Shown: positions 1 to 13,391 of the stretch, piece after piece | How the letters are laid out: each line of letters opens with the position of its first letter | Numbering within the stretch: position 1 is the stretch's first letter | Source: Eledone cirrhosa | Taxonomy: Eukaryota | Assembly: GCA_964016885.1 (NCBI GenBank) | Contig: OZ024740.1 | Span: forward strand, 239,816,001 to 239,880,000 | Direction of reading: 5' to 3' | Length of the DNA: 64,000 nucleotides | Made by a program: the position numbers and the translations under genes | The notes under the pieces: generated by a model | What the model saw: the letters and a program-made list of their open reading frames with translations, nothing else | Database searches by the model: none | What the model was told of the DNA's origin: nothing

Positions 1-22
1 ATTTATTTTAAACCAAAAAAAC

Positions 23-1415
23 ATGGCTACGAAAAATAATTTTCACAAGTCACTCCCACTCATTCCGTCTTCTTCTTCCCCAATCGTCACTACAGCAGAG
101 AGAAGATTGTCTCTCTCCCTCCCTTCTCTTTCGCAAGCGACGCCAGTAAAGAAAAATAGTTTCCAAAATCACGTGAGAAACATGGAACATTTCTCCACGA
201 CGACGACAACGGCGAAAAAGGTGTGCGGTAAATACGAAAACCCATTTCATTCGTCTGACGTCATGAATAATAGTAGTAGCAGCCGTAATAACAGCAGCAG
301 CAGCAACAGTGACAAGGAAAACAACAGTAGCAGCCGCATCAGCATCAGCAGCAGCATAAACAACAACAGTATTAGCAGCAACAGCAACAATAACAGCAGC
401 AGCAGCAACAACAACAACAACCACAGCAACAGCGGCGGCGGCAGTAGTCGTAGTACCTGCAGCAACAACAAAAGTAACAGCAGCTCTGACGACAACAACA
501 ACAACAACAACAGCAGCAAAGAAAAACCAATCTCGTTTGCAGGTATCGCAAAGAACCTGGAAACCATCCTCATAACAAATGAGGAATTACAGGAAGCAAA
601 GAAGTTGGTGACGAAAACCGGACACCGAGCAATCTGCAAGGCAGCCGAAAAGTTTTTCGAAACCCAACAGCACTGTACGGTCACGTACCGTACAGTAAGC
701 ACAACATCCCGTAGGGTTGAAAGAGCCACAGAGGCTCAAATACAAAAAGCCTTGGGGTCTGTGTGGCAGCGGAAAACTCATATCACCCGAGGCAAGAAAT
801 ATGCCACCGTAGACGTGCTTTTTGCCACACCCGAGGAGCAAAGACTCAATCCTTAGTGACCCTAAGGAGCGAGGAAATGGTGTTGGTGCCCTCCTACTGC
901 GGGCAAAAAATTGTGAGGGTCAAACTGACCCACGTCCCGCTCGGGATGGCCCCTTCTTGGCTGGCCGCGTCTGTCCTCGTCGGAATCGAGGACAAATCAA
1001 CTGTACTGCAAGTACAGAAAAAAGTAAGAGAAGATTGGGTCGGCACCTCCATTGAGATGTTAATCCAAACCAACCATGAGTGCATCGAAGCTATCCCGGA
1101 TGTGATAGACTTCGATAACGGCACTCAACTGCCCATAAGTGTTGAGGGCAAACGCCCGAAATGCTTTCGCTGTGGATCGAAGACTCACCTCAAGGCCTTC
1201 AGCAACGAGAAGACCCTGAGAAAGGAGAAAACCCCCCTCCTTTCGAAACCGGCTCCACTGCTACCAACAGCAGGACAAGCGGCAACCAGGAACGATAGGT
1301 CCGTGGCACCCATACCCACGCCACGGAAATCAAGAACAGCAGCGGCAGTGGAAGTATTAACAACAACAACAGTAATGCCAACTGCAGCTGCAACAGAGAC
1401 TCCACTGCAAACATC
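23..1415 (+). pseudogene. ORF1 (gag-like nucleic-acid-binding protein) of Tx1 copy A, frameshifted near 840
   Basis: ORFs 23..856 and 763..1452; N/S-rich N-terminus; CFRCGSKTHLKAF knuckle remnant; homologous to copy B ORF1 (RRVERA.E.QIQKALG.VW.RKTHI.RG, LVPSYCGQ). Confidence 0.8.
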
Positions 1416-1475
1416 TCGGCAACTGATGCGGAGTGTTGCGAAAGGCCGATAACAGCCGCTGAAGTACGGGAGGCA

Positions 1476-3451
1476 ATGACTGGCTGCACAAGGGGTAAAT
1501 CGCCTGGTTTAGATGGTCTGTCCTATGAACTTTACGTACAGATGCCAGACTTGTTCGGAGGCCTCTTGGCGGACGTCTACTGCAACTGGCAACAGAACGG
1601 GAGAATTCCCAGCTCTGTGAGCCGAGGAGCGGTGGCGCTGCTGAGAAAGGATCCGAACAAGGGGGATAACATAGATAATTTCAGGCCCATAACTCTGCTA
1701 AACACAGAGTTCAAGATTTTGGCCAAGGTGCTAGCAAATAGGTTGGCGCTTGTCGTTGGTGGTCTGGTGGGAGAGGCGCAGACATGCGCCATTCCCGACA
1801 AATTCATCCACGACAACCTCCACCTCATGCGATACATCGTAGAGAGGGTAGCTAGGGAACCTGGCACGGGTGTGTCCTTGATCAATTTAGATCAGTCGAA
1901 AGCTTTCGATAGGGTCGACCATCGTTACCTAGCGGCAGTCCTGAGGGCGGCTGGCTTTGGGCCTGTCTTCAGAGGCTGGATCGCTGCCATGCACAGCGAC
2001 ATCTGCTCTGTGGTAAGAGTGAACGGTCACCTTTCGGAACCGTTAAACATCATGCGCTCGGTCAGCCAAGCATGTCCCCTCTCGTCCCTCTTGTACGTAT
2101 TGACTCTCGAGCCATTACTGCACAAACTGGAGACGTTGAGGGGCGTCCCGCGCGAACTAGGATGCGGAAGATCCGTGTCAGCATATGCGGACGATGTCAC
2201 CGTAGTGGTGTCGAACGCCAAACACATCGAGGCGATCGGCACTACACTAAGAAAATACGAAGCGCTGACAGGAGCAATGATCAACCAGGAAAAGTCAGTG
2301 GGCCTGCAGCTCAGCACCTGGAGAGGCAGGTCCATGCCGTCCAACAGCGTCGTCGGACACTGGACGGACGGACCGGTTAAATTGCTAGGGGTCTGGTTCG
2401 GTCCGGACCTCCAGACGGACAAAAACTGGAACGAGGTGACGAGCAGGGTGGCTTCTCTCACTCAGAATTGGGCGGAGAAGAAGCTAGCCCTGAAAGGTCG
2501 AGCAGAGGTGGCTCACACGTACGCGCTCCGATGGTCAGGCGGTCCATCTGCTTTCAACACCCGCTACGTGGAGGGCTGGGCATGCCGTGGCTGATGATGC
2601 GCAGACATGCCATCAGGCTACGACATCTCCACCTCTTCCTCGATGGTGATCAGGTGTGGTCGCCGTTTGCTAGACACGTTTTTTCCCAGCTCGTCTCCTT
2701 GACGGAGCTGCAGTCCTGGGTCAAGCGAAGACTGAGAGGGAGCGCTTGGAGACTGGAATGTCTTCAGGTGCTCACAGCCCTCGACCAATCGGGCAATGTG
2801 ATCGGTGGAAACTCCACCTTGGCGTTCTATAGGGGATTAGTGGAGGGGAAGAGCGACGACGTACTTGGAGAAACTCTAGGCGTCGACGAAAATCAACTAG
2901 CCAATCTCTTCGGAAGGACTTTCGGGCCGGGGCCTATGGACAACTTCCAGAAATCCCTGGCCTGGCAGTGCTACCGAGGAGCTTTGCCAGTTCGGGATAA
3001 ACTCTACAGGCATGGAGGTGCCGTCAGCCGGGCATGTCCGAGATGCGCACAGGGCGACGAAACCGTCCTGCACGCACTCGTCCAGTGTCCGAGCATTGCT
3101 GACTTGTGGGTTTATGTCGAACACCTGCTGTCACGTGTAGGACGGATCCAGCTATCAGCTGAGTCCATCGTGAGGATTGCTCCGCCCTCTTCCTTTAGCC
3201 GGGAAGGGCAGGCAGTTTTTATCTGTCTGGTGGCCATGTCGAAAGAGATAGTATGGTGGACACGTTTGAAAGGGCTGAAGACGAGCACTTACCTCTTCGG
3301 TGATGCCCTGATTATCTTTTTCAAATTTCATCTGAAAAGGAAAATCAGGGTAGAGAGGGAAGTGCTCTCTTCCCAGCATTTTGTTGAAAGATGGGTGAGA
3401 GAAGCAAGTATGGCCCGAATGAATGGGCCTTCTCTGAGTATGTGTCCGTAA
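1476..3451 (+). pseudogene. ORF2 reverse transcriptase + C-terminal zinc finger of copy A (no APE domain; deletion/frameshift near 2525)
   Basis: ORFs 1476..2594 (KSPGLDGL, YADD) and 2468..3451 (CPRC..HALVQC); copy D contains a segment between RAEVA and APMVRRSIC that is missing here. Confidence 0.9.
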
Positions 3452-3698
3452 ATTAAAGGTGGAAAACTGGGAGAGGGCACTTGCCCTGGTGGTCAGGGCC
3501 ACTGTGGTCTTTTAATGGGCTTTCTCCACAAATGTCCCTCGGAAGTCTCCCCCCCCCCCTATTGGGGAATTTTTCTTTGTTATTTTATTTCATCCTCTGT
3601 TTTTTTACACGCAGAAATGCCCATTTGTACCGTCCTGTATTGTCCTGTACTGTCCTTAATGTCTACTTTATGTAAACCCTTGTGGTTAATAAAGAAAA

Positions 3699-3755
<57 letters not shown>

Positions 3756-3966
3756 CATTGGCGACCTACGTAGTAAATCGTATCATTGTGAGCTCCGCAA
3801 AGGTTTGTTATTTCCGTTTGTTAAAAATTGTCATTTATGGAAAATTTTATTGTTAACTGTTTATAAGCGCACATACATTGTTTTCCGAAAAGGACACCCA
3901 AAAAGATTGGGGCCTTGTGCCCAAAATTTAAACTTTTATTATTATCAAAAATTTCTTTGAAAAAAA

Positions 3967-5971
3967 ATGGCTAATTCACCTCTGCACCAAGCAGCTGAAA
4001 GCCTTCCTCACAAATTAACACCTCACACCGACACCACCATTGTAAATGTTACTACATTTGCCAACACAAAAAAAAATATAAGCAGTAGCAATATTTTAAA
4101 TTTGTCTCAGGCAGACATTCATTTCCCGCCATTACCAATGACTGCAGGTGTTAAAGCCTCCACCACCACCACCACCGCGACAACCACCACCCCCACCACC
4201 ACCGCGACAACAGAAACAAAAGAAGAAAAAAATAAATTAACTCGTGATGTCGAAATGAAATCAAGCAAAATGGATTCTTCCCCACCATAGACGACTGACG
4301 TCACCACCACCACAACTGAAACTAAAATTAATATTAACACAAATAACGATAGCAACAACAACAACAATGACATTATAAAACCGACCCTCAGTTTCGCCAG
4401 AGTAGCAAAACAGTTCGAAGCATTTACGGTAACTCAGGAGGATTTAGAAAATGCCAAACAAATGGTAAAGAAAGATGGGTACAGGGTCAGCCTCCCCCCC
4501 TCCCCCCACCTAATAAAATGGAGCATCGGCGCCTATGCACCGTGTCGTATAGAACAATAAATGTAAAATCGCGCCGAGTGGAACGGGCATCCGAGTCCCA
4601 AATCCAAAAAGCTTTGGGACATGTATGGGCAAGAAAAACTCACATCAGACGTGGGCCAAAGTATGGAACCGTGAACGTGTTCTTTGAAACACCAGAGGAG
4701 GCTAGAGAACACTCCATGGCCCCATTAAGAAGTGACGACTTCACACTCGTCCCAAGCTATTGTGGCCAGAGACTCGTAAAGATCAGGGTGACCCACGTTC
4801 CACCGGCCATCGAAATTCCCTGGCTAATAGCGGTCGTCCTCGCCGGCATCGAAGCCAACACACAAAAAAAAATAATAGCAATAGCAAAAGAAAAGCAGGA
4901 GAACTGGTCCGGATCTGGGATGGAGCTCCTGCTCCAAGCGGACCAAAAAAGCATTGAGGAGATCCCAGAGGTAATAGACCTCACTGACGACAGCCACCTC
5001 ACGGTAATTGTCGAGGGCAGAAGACCTAGGTGTGTCGTTTGTGGTGAAGGAACCCACCTAAGGGCTTTCTGCCCTCAGGCTAGAGGGTTGAGGCCACCTC
5101 TCCTACCCACCCCAGTGACACAACCATCAACACCACCAGTAGCAGAGATGGCAGCAACAACTGTAGCAGCAACAACAGAAGCAACTATAACAGCAACAAC
5201 CCCAGCAACAGTAGCAAAACCAACACCACCACCACCACCAGCTAAACCAACACCACCACCACCCAACGCTTCAGAACTAGCACCAGCGCCTACACCATCC
5301 ACCACGCCACAACCAAAACTAACGCCTGTGGAGGATTTTCCACTCCCCGGCCTATCACAACTGGAGACAGATTGTGACGACGAGGAGTGGGAAACGATAT
5401 CCGGAAAAAAAAAAGAAACCAAAAAAGAAAAAATTCTCTTCCTTCCCCCTCCAAAAACAAAATACAGAGGGAAACAAATAAACTATCAAACAAAAAAGTT
5501 AGGACAGATATACCACCATCCACACCAGCATCACCAACCCCATCAACCCAAACACCAACACCATCACCATCATTAACCCCAACACCACCATCACCTACAC
5601 CACAAAAGTCACCAAAATGCGAAACAGAAACAAACCCACAACAAACGCAAACAAAACAAAACAACCAAAACGATACACACTACACGGCATTAAATTTGAA
5701 CAACAAGCAATTATTACACTACATCCAACACAACACCAGCATCACAGAAAAAGACTACACAACAACCCCAAAATTCACACCACCTCCACACATACAAATC
5801 ACTCGCATCATACAGAAAACGTACATGACACTAAAACAAAAATTCCCCAAAGACATCGGAGACTTCCGACAAGCACTCTCCAGGAGGATTTATAAGGACA
5901 TCCTTCCTGAGGAGGCCACAAGCAGTGAAAAGGATGGAAAAACCGTCCTTCCCCTACGAGAAGTAAGGTAA
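3967..5971 (+). pseudogene. ORF1 of Tx1 copy B (CCHC knuckle, T/P-rich linkers), disrupted
   Basis: ORFs 3967..4290, 4518..5576, 5387..5971; CVVCGEGTHLRAFC is an intact CX2CX4HX4C knuckle. Confidence 0.8.
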
Positions 5972-6005
5972 GTGGTCTTTCCCATCTTTTCCACTCCTTT
6001 TCAAC

Positions 6006-8955
6006 ATGACCTCACTCAGAATAGGCAGCATAAATGCGCGTGGCTTGGGGTCGTCATGGAAGCAGGGCCACCTGCTCAACGACCTCAGGTCACTAAACAT
6101 AGATGTAGTGGCCATCAGCGAGACCAGAATCTCCGAAGCACAGGCTTTCGCACCGATCTTCGGCGGCTACGATGTGTACGCATCTCCTAGCCGTCCGGGA
6201 TCGGGGGAGGAGTTGCTGTGCATTTTCGGAGAGGTTTGGATCTTGCCATACGGGCCATCTTCCTGGACCCAGAAGGTAAGTTGGTGGTGCTGGACGTGAC
6301 CAGCGGAGACGGGCAAGCTTTCAGGTTAGTGGCCGTCTATGCCCCGACAGGAGCAGGGCGGCCTGATTTCTTCCGGCGTCTGGAGACCTTTCTTGGAACG
6401 TCCCGCTCTTTAGTGTTAGTGGGCGACTGGAACGGGATCTTAGATGCACGCTGGGATTGTGTGGGATTAGTGGATAGGGAAGGAGGGTGCAACAGTCTCA
6501 CCAACCTGCTCAGACGTTTTGAACTGTCTGACAGGTACCGAATGGATTTCCCGAATGTACCAATGTGGACTTGGACAAATCGCATAGGGTCATCCAGATC
6601 ATATCTAGATAGAGTATTTTGTAGGGAAATAGATAGGTCTAGCATAGGCTGTCCACAATTCAAGATAGTCAGCTACACGGACCACAAATTCGTGATCTGT
6701 GTGCTTGACTTTGATAGGCTTCATAGGCGAGGACCCGGCTACTGGAAGCTAAACGCGTCCTTACCAGCGCGCAAGGCCTACAGAGACCGGATTAGCGAAC
6801 TAGTTAAGCGGGCGTTGATGGGGGCCATCGTCAACAACAAGTGGTGGTTTGCTCTGAAAAGTGCAATTAGAATAGAGTCCATTAGGTTTAGTAAGACTTT
6901 AGAAATAGAGAAAAATAGAGCAGAGGGAGAACTAGTTAGAAAATTAGATGAGGCGCTTAGCAAAGGCATCGCGACCGACGTACTTGCGGCGAAATTGGCC
7001 CTTGACCAATTCTTCAATGCAAAGCACGAAGGCTGCGTTGTCAGAGCTAGGGTGCGTGCTCTCAGACACGAGGGGACGAAAGCCGTTCAATGGGCCCGAG
7101 TGGCAGAGGCGCATCGTGGCAACAAAGCCACAATCCGGTCTTTGGTGGACCACGACGGGCGCATGCTACTCGATCCCGGGCAAATATGTGAAGCTTTTCA
7201 GCGACACTTCGCTCAACTGTTCGGGGGCAGTGGCGGGCCGGATCGAGGGATGGACTTTAGTGTCTACCTCGACGGACTGCCGCGGCTTTCGGCCACTGAG
7301 GCGGAGTGTTGCGAAAAGCCGATAACAACCGCTGAAGTACGGGATGCAATGACTAGTTGCACAAGGGGTAAATCGCCTGGTTTGGATGGTCTGCCCTATG
7401 AACTTTACGTACAAATGCCAGACTTGTTCGGAGGCCTCTTGGCGGACGTCTACTGCAAATGGCAACAGAACGGGAGAATTCCCAGCTCTGTGAGCCGAGG
7501 AGCGGTGGCGCTGCTGAGAAAGGATCCGAACAAGGGGGATAACATAGATAATTTTAGGCCCATAACTCTGCTAAACACAGAGTTCAAGATTTTGGCCAAG
7601 GTGCTAGTAAAGAGGTTGGCGCTTGTCGTTGGTGGTCTGGTGGGAGAGGCACAGACATGCGTCATTCCCGACAGATCCATCCACGACAACCTCCACCTCA
7701 TGCGATACATCGTAGAGAGGGTAGCTAGGGAACCTGGCACGGGTGGGTCTTTGATCAATTTAGATCAGTCGAAAGCCTTCGATAGAGTCGACCATCGTTA
7801 CCTAGCGGCAGTCCTGAGGGCGGCTGGCTTTGGGCCCGTCTTCAGAGGCTGGATCGCTGCCATGCACAGCGACATCTGCTCTGTAGTGAGAGTGAACGGT
7901 CACCTTTCGGAACCGTTCAATATCATGCGCTCGGTCCGCCAAGGATGTCCCCTCTCGTCCCTATTGTACGTATTGACTCTCGAGCCATTACTGCACAAAC
8001 TGGAGACGTTGAGCGGGGTCCCGCGCGAACTAGGATGCGGAAGATCCGTGTCAGCATATGCGGACGATGTCACCGTAGTGGTGTCGAACGCCAAACACAT
8101 CGAGGCGATCGGCACTACACTAAGAGAATACGAAGCGGTGACAGGAGCAATGATCAACCAGGAAAAGTCAGTGGGCCTGCAGCTCGGCACCTGGAGAGGC
8201 AGGTCCATGCCGTCCAACAGCGTCGTCGGGCGAAGACCGAGAGGGAGCGCTTGGAGATGGAATGTCTTCAGGCGCTCACAGCCCTCGACCAATCGGGCAA
8301 TGTGATCGGTGGAAACTCCACCTTGGCGTTCTATAGGGGATTAGTGGAGGGGAAGAGCGACGACGTACTTGGAGAAACTCTAGGCGTCGACGAAAATCAA
8401 CTAGCCAATCTCTTCGGAAGGACTTTCGGGCCGGGGCCTATGGACAACTTCCAGAAATCCCTGGCCTGGCAGTGCTACCGAGGAGCTTTGCCAGTTCGGG
8501 ATAAACTCTACAGGCATGGAGGTGCCGTCAGCCGGGCATGTCCGAGATGCGCGCAGGGCGACGAAACCGTCCTGCACGCACTCGTCCAGTGTCCGAGCAT
8601 TGCTGACTTGTGGGTTTATGTCGAACACCTGCTGTCACGTGTAGGACGGATCCAGCTATCAGCTGAGTCCATCGTGAGGATTTCCCCGCCCCCTTCCTTT
8701 AGCCGGGAAGGGCAGGCAATTTTTATCTGTCTTGTGGCCATGGCGAAAGAGATAGTATGGTTGACACGTTTGAAAGGGCTGAAGACGAGCACTTACCTCT
8801 TCGGTGATGCCCTGATTAACTTTTTCAAATTTTATTTGAAAAGGAAAATCAGGGTAGAGAGGGAAGTGCTCTCTTCCCAGCATTTTGTTGAAAGATGGGT
8901 GAGAGAAGCAAGTATGGCCCGAATGAATGAGCCTTCTCTGAGTATGTGTCTGTAA
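6006..8955 (+). pseudogene. ORF2 of Tx1 copy B: APE endonuclease, RT, zinc finger; frameshift ~6210 and ~370-bp deletion at ~8230
   Basis: SINARGL, VAISET, VYAP, GDWN, YLDR, TDHK (APE); RQGCPLS, YADD (RT); 'cgtcgtcgg|gcgaagac' junction removes the segment present in copy A at ~2358-2724. Confidence 0.92.
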
Positions 8956-11325
8956 ATTAAAGGTGGAAAACTGGGAGATGGCACTTGCCCTGGTGGTTAG
9001 GGCCACTGTGGTCTTTTAATGGGCTTTCTCCACAAATGTCCCTCGGAAGTCTCCCCCCTATTGGGGAATTTTTCTTTGTTATTTTATTTCAACCTCTGTT
9101 TTTTTACACGCAGAAATGCCCATTTGTACCGTCCTGTATTGTCCTGTACTGTCCTTAATGTCTACTTTATGTAAACCCTTGTGGTTAATAAAGAAAACAT
9201 TATTATTATTATTATTATTATTATTAATATTATTATTATTATTATATTACTACTACTACAACCAATTTTTTTTCTACTTCTGTTTCACTTTTAAATTAAA
9301 ATAACCGAACTGAAAAATGTATAGATGAAATAGATAATTATGCATATATAAAGTTTCTGCCTATGACTGTTTCTATTTCGCAGTCAAATGTAAATTGTGG
9401 AGATTTAGTTTGGCGACGTGAAAGTAAATATATACAAAAGTCTTTTGAAAGTCTCCAAAAAAATGGAAATAAAAAGAAATATAATAGCTGCACTAAGTTA
9501 CTTATGAAAATCCTAGTTATGCTGGAAGCAATGGATCTGTTTCTTATCTAGTAAATTCACGAAACACTGAATATTTATAAGCGTTATTTCAGTTAGCACC
9601 AACTAGAAAGTGTTCATATATACTTAATACTTGCTTTGAATTTTTAACAAAGAAAAACCACATAACGAAAGAACTCGATATGAATGTATAGTAAAATCTA
9701 TATTCCGGATGATATGTTACACTCTCTTAAAGTTTATTCTCGTTCCTTTTCAAAGTATATAAAATATATTAACATCAAGTACCAATATATATGTGTTAAA
9801 AGGTTACTACAAAATCTACATTAACATTTCTTTCTCCACTACACACAACTACCAAAGCTTAGTTCCCTATAATGAATGTGAAGTAAACTCTCTCACTGGT
9901 AATTTAAATAGTCCAATTTGCAAATGCATATCACTAGCTTATCGTAGCTATTTTGAAGCTGACACCTGTTCCAGATCGATTATCGGATTCACAGCCAACG
10001 CCTACCGCAACTACAATAGAAGTACTAAAAAATCCATCTCTTTAGAGAGACACGTGGCAATTAAAGTTTAAGAAAAAACACATTAATTACTTCATCAAAT
10101 GGTACATTCTTTGCTTCAATAAGCCTGACACCATTAAAAAAAATTCTGTTAGTTTTGAAAAGCTGAGACCATCGACATTCTATATCCTACCTCATTCTAC
10201 TGACACTGGTCAATTGCAGCTCAGAGCAAGTATCATCAGGCCCATATATAACTTTCAAAAGCTTATATCATTGTAAACTAGTAAATCTTCCAAACGTTAA
10301 ACAACAGAAAAATATACTCAGATCCCTATACATTGACAGATTTACCTTTTTCCTGAACGTTATAATTCATTTCTAACCTACGAGTATTAGCTATTGTAAA
10401 TATATTTTACTGACACATACTACCGCTTAATATATCGGTGATATTGCCCAAATTTCCACTTACTTATAATTCAATCTTACACTATTATAATATGGATATT
10501 TGCATCATTTCTATATATATTTAGACTAGGACCAATTGCGTTATTTCCACTTTAAATAGGAATCATCTTTATACTTCAATAAATGCAACCATTTTTATTG
10601 CATATTTCCAACAGTGTAAAATAACTTAATGCTGTAGTATCTTCCATTAAACCGCCTCACTATTTTCGTAAAATTTACCTAATAAATATAATGTTTTCTG
10701 AAAACTATAAATATAACTCACTCAAGAATTGTTATATATTTGTCTCCTTAATTACAGTTTATTCAAACATTTCTAACTCGTTGAATGACTTCCATTGCAT
10801 TATAGATGGAGATCGATTTGTTAGGAATAGCAGTGCAATTTTAAATAATAAAAAAGGACACATTAGATAATGTAATTAGAAAATTTTTTTAAATACGGGA
10901 TGGTTACAACTTTTATTATATGTCTGTGTGTTCAGGGCCAATTTGACACTAAACAACAACAGCATGGTTGATAAATCCTTAGTCTTAAGACACACTGTGA
11001 TAGTTGTAAGATACGAGCTTGTGAGATAATGACTAAAACATATACAAGTGACGTTGTATGCATTTAATAATAGTTGAACAGATAAGGAACTAAATAAAGA
11101 TACACTTCTTCAGAAGTAAGAAATATGCCTCCAATAGCGTGGCATCATCTGAATTTCTAGTTAAGTGGATGAAATTAAAACAGAGCTGGTGGCAGTGGAA
11201 GTTGGTGGAAAACACTACTGTTTTTGTATATTTAACCTTTATTCTCATATTCATGATCAACATTGTATATCTTTCTAACACTTTCTTTCATTTCTATTAT
11301 GAATAAGAGTTCTATAAATGATGAA

Positions 11326-11450
11326 TGGGCAGAATTGTTAGAACGTCGGACAAAATGTTTAGCAACATTTAGTTCCGAGCTCAAATCCCACCGTAGTCAA
11401 TTTGGTCTTTTATCCTTCCAATGTCGATAGAATAAAGCCCCAGTCAAATA
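11326..11450 (+). mobile_element. SINE, diverged copy
   Basis: Degenerate match to the family body (gagctcaaatccc...ttttatccttcc..tgtcgatag). Confidence 0.6.
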
Positions 11451-11496
11451 TTAATTGTAACCATTAACCTCTTTTTTAATCAATTATATAGAATAG

Positions 11497-11597
11497 AAAC
11501 ATATAATGATATTTTAATCTATAAAACCCATTTTAGTAAATTTTAATTTCTTCGTTTAGATTAGATGATCAAAGGCATATCTATCTACCTAACACTG

Positions 11598-11673
<76 letters not shown>

Positions 11674-11887
11674 ACACACACATTATATATATATATATAT
11701 GGGTGTGTGTGTGTGTGTGTAAACGATTGACATATATATAAATATATCAAACATTAGAAATAATTCGCCAAGAGTGAGTATATATATATATACTCACTCT
11801 TTGCGAATTATTTCTAATGTTTGATATATTTATATATATGTCAATCGTTTACACACACACACACCAATATATATATATATATAATGC

Positions 11888-11957
<70 letters not shown>

Positions 11958-12058
11958 CAGAGTTAGGTAGATAGATATGCCTTTGATCATCTAATCTAAA
12001 CGAAAAAATTAAAATTTACTATAATGGGTTTTATAGATTAAAATATCATTATACGTTT
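11497..12058. repeat. ~560-bp palindrome centred on (TA)n, arms include (CT)n/(AG)n and (GT)n/(AC)n tracts
   Basis: 11497-11778 is the reverse complement of 11793-12058 with scattered mismatches. Confidence 0.9.
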
Positions 12059-12062
12059 ATGT

Positions 12063-12139
<77 letters not shown>

Positions 12140-12509
12140 AAAAAAGATGAAATCGAAAATGCAACTGGAGTCTTTTTAAGAATATTTATTTGGTTCCTTT
12201 ACCGGCTTCGCAGTTCTTGTGCTTTTCAAAAGTAGAATTGAGATGGAGGGTTTGTGGTTTTTCTCTCGCATCTGGTAGGTGTTCGAATGTTACTTCTGTT
12301 TTATATGAAAGAAAGTGGCTCAAAATGCTAGGTAACCTAACATTTTGAGCCACTTTTTTACATTCGAACACCTACCAGATGCGAGAAAAAACCACAAGCC
12401 CTCCATCTCAATTCTACTTTTGAAAAGCACAAGAACTGCGAAATCTGTAAAGGAACCAAATAAATATTCTTAAAAAGACTCCAGTTGCATTATCGATTTC
12501 ATCTTTTTT
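12140..12509. repeat. ~370-bp fold-back insert beside a (TA)n tract
   Basis: Arms meet at aatgctagg-taa-cctaacatt (~12333-12335); left arm has ~20 extra nt. Confidence 0.9.
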
Positions 12510-12584
12510 TCTCATACTTTCACTCGTGTAGGACATCGTGTAGGACAGTTTTTTTTCATTTTGTAAAAAAAAAATTTCAATTTG

Positions 12585-12634
<50 letters not shown>

Positions 12635-12638
<4 letters not shown>

Positions 12639-12838
12639 ATAATAATAAAATTGAAGACTAAAATCCAGAGAGGGCTCGATAAGGAAAATATATATCAAAT
12701 ATATAAGAACCGAAGAGCAAATATTTATTAAAATAACAGATTAAAGTTTAAGCAAAGAATCGCTGCTTTCACCCTTAACGGGATCTTCTGAAGGGTGAAA
12801 GCAGCGATTCTTTGCTTAAACTTTAATCTGTTATTTTA

Positions 12839-12846
<8 letters not shown>
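12635..12846. mobile_element. Short (TA)n-embedded fold-back insert, probable PLE terminal fragment
   Basis: Inverted arms 12721-12776 / 12791-12846; left part recurs at 28601-28690, right part at 29470-29540. Confidence 0.7.
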
Positions 12847-12882
<36 letters not shown>

Positions 12883-13391
12883 ACAAACCAAATGGAAAGC
12901 ATATATGTATATATAGAGAGAGATAAAGAGCCATATATCGTATAAGAATCACAGTATATTGAATATAAACGAAATACATATTCCATAGAATATATATACA
13001 GGTGGAATCATAAGAGAGACCTCAGAGCGCTATTTCATACCCGGAGAGTGCAGTTGAAAATCAATCTATGTAATCGATCATCGAAAAAATCAATGAATAT
13101 AATCGATCATCGAAGACAAACTATCGATTAAATCACAAGAGAAAGGGATCCTCATCATTCTAACAGAAATATAGAATCAAGATGGTACATAAGATAATAT
13201 CCTTGACAATGTCCATAGGCATGTCTAACGCAACCATCATGCTGAGAAGCACATGGTGAAATCCGGTTAAACCCAAGGCAAATAGATATCAACAAGGTGG
13301 ACGTTAACTCCGCTAGAAATAGGCACACGAATTATAGCCACCGAGCTAACATATTTGATATGTTTTGATACATTATTTGTATATATATATA

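Larger units (their letters stand above)
1..3755 (+). mobile_element. Tx1/L1-clade non-LTR retrotransposon, copy A (5' end probably outside window; endonuclease deleted; (TTA)n tail)
   Basis: ORF1 with degenerate zinc knuckle joins directly (~1415) to an ORF2 RT that matches copy B from ~7289; RT motifs NFRPITLLN, LDQSKAFDRV, YADD; C-terminal CPRC..H..C finger; AATAAA then (TTA)n at 3700-3755. Confidence 0.92.
3756..9250 (+). mobile_element. Tx1/L1-clade non-LTR retrotransposon, copy B, near full length (5'UTR, ORF1, APE-RT-ZnF ORF2, 3'UTR, (TTA)n tail)
   Basis: Begins immediately after copy A tail; both ORFs present; 3'UTR 8954-9200 nearly identical to 3452-3700; (TTA)n at ~9199-9250. Confidence 0.93.

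Noticed and set aside
247-729. Leu-rich minus-strand ORF resembling a membrane protein
   Set aside because: Antisense reading of the (AAC/AGC)n low-complexity part of ORF1
9550-11050. Possible ancient LINE RT remnant (also ~40600-41400 and ~46100-47300)
   Set aside because: Only faint motif echoes by eye; needs TBLASTN/nhmmer, so not listed as a feature
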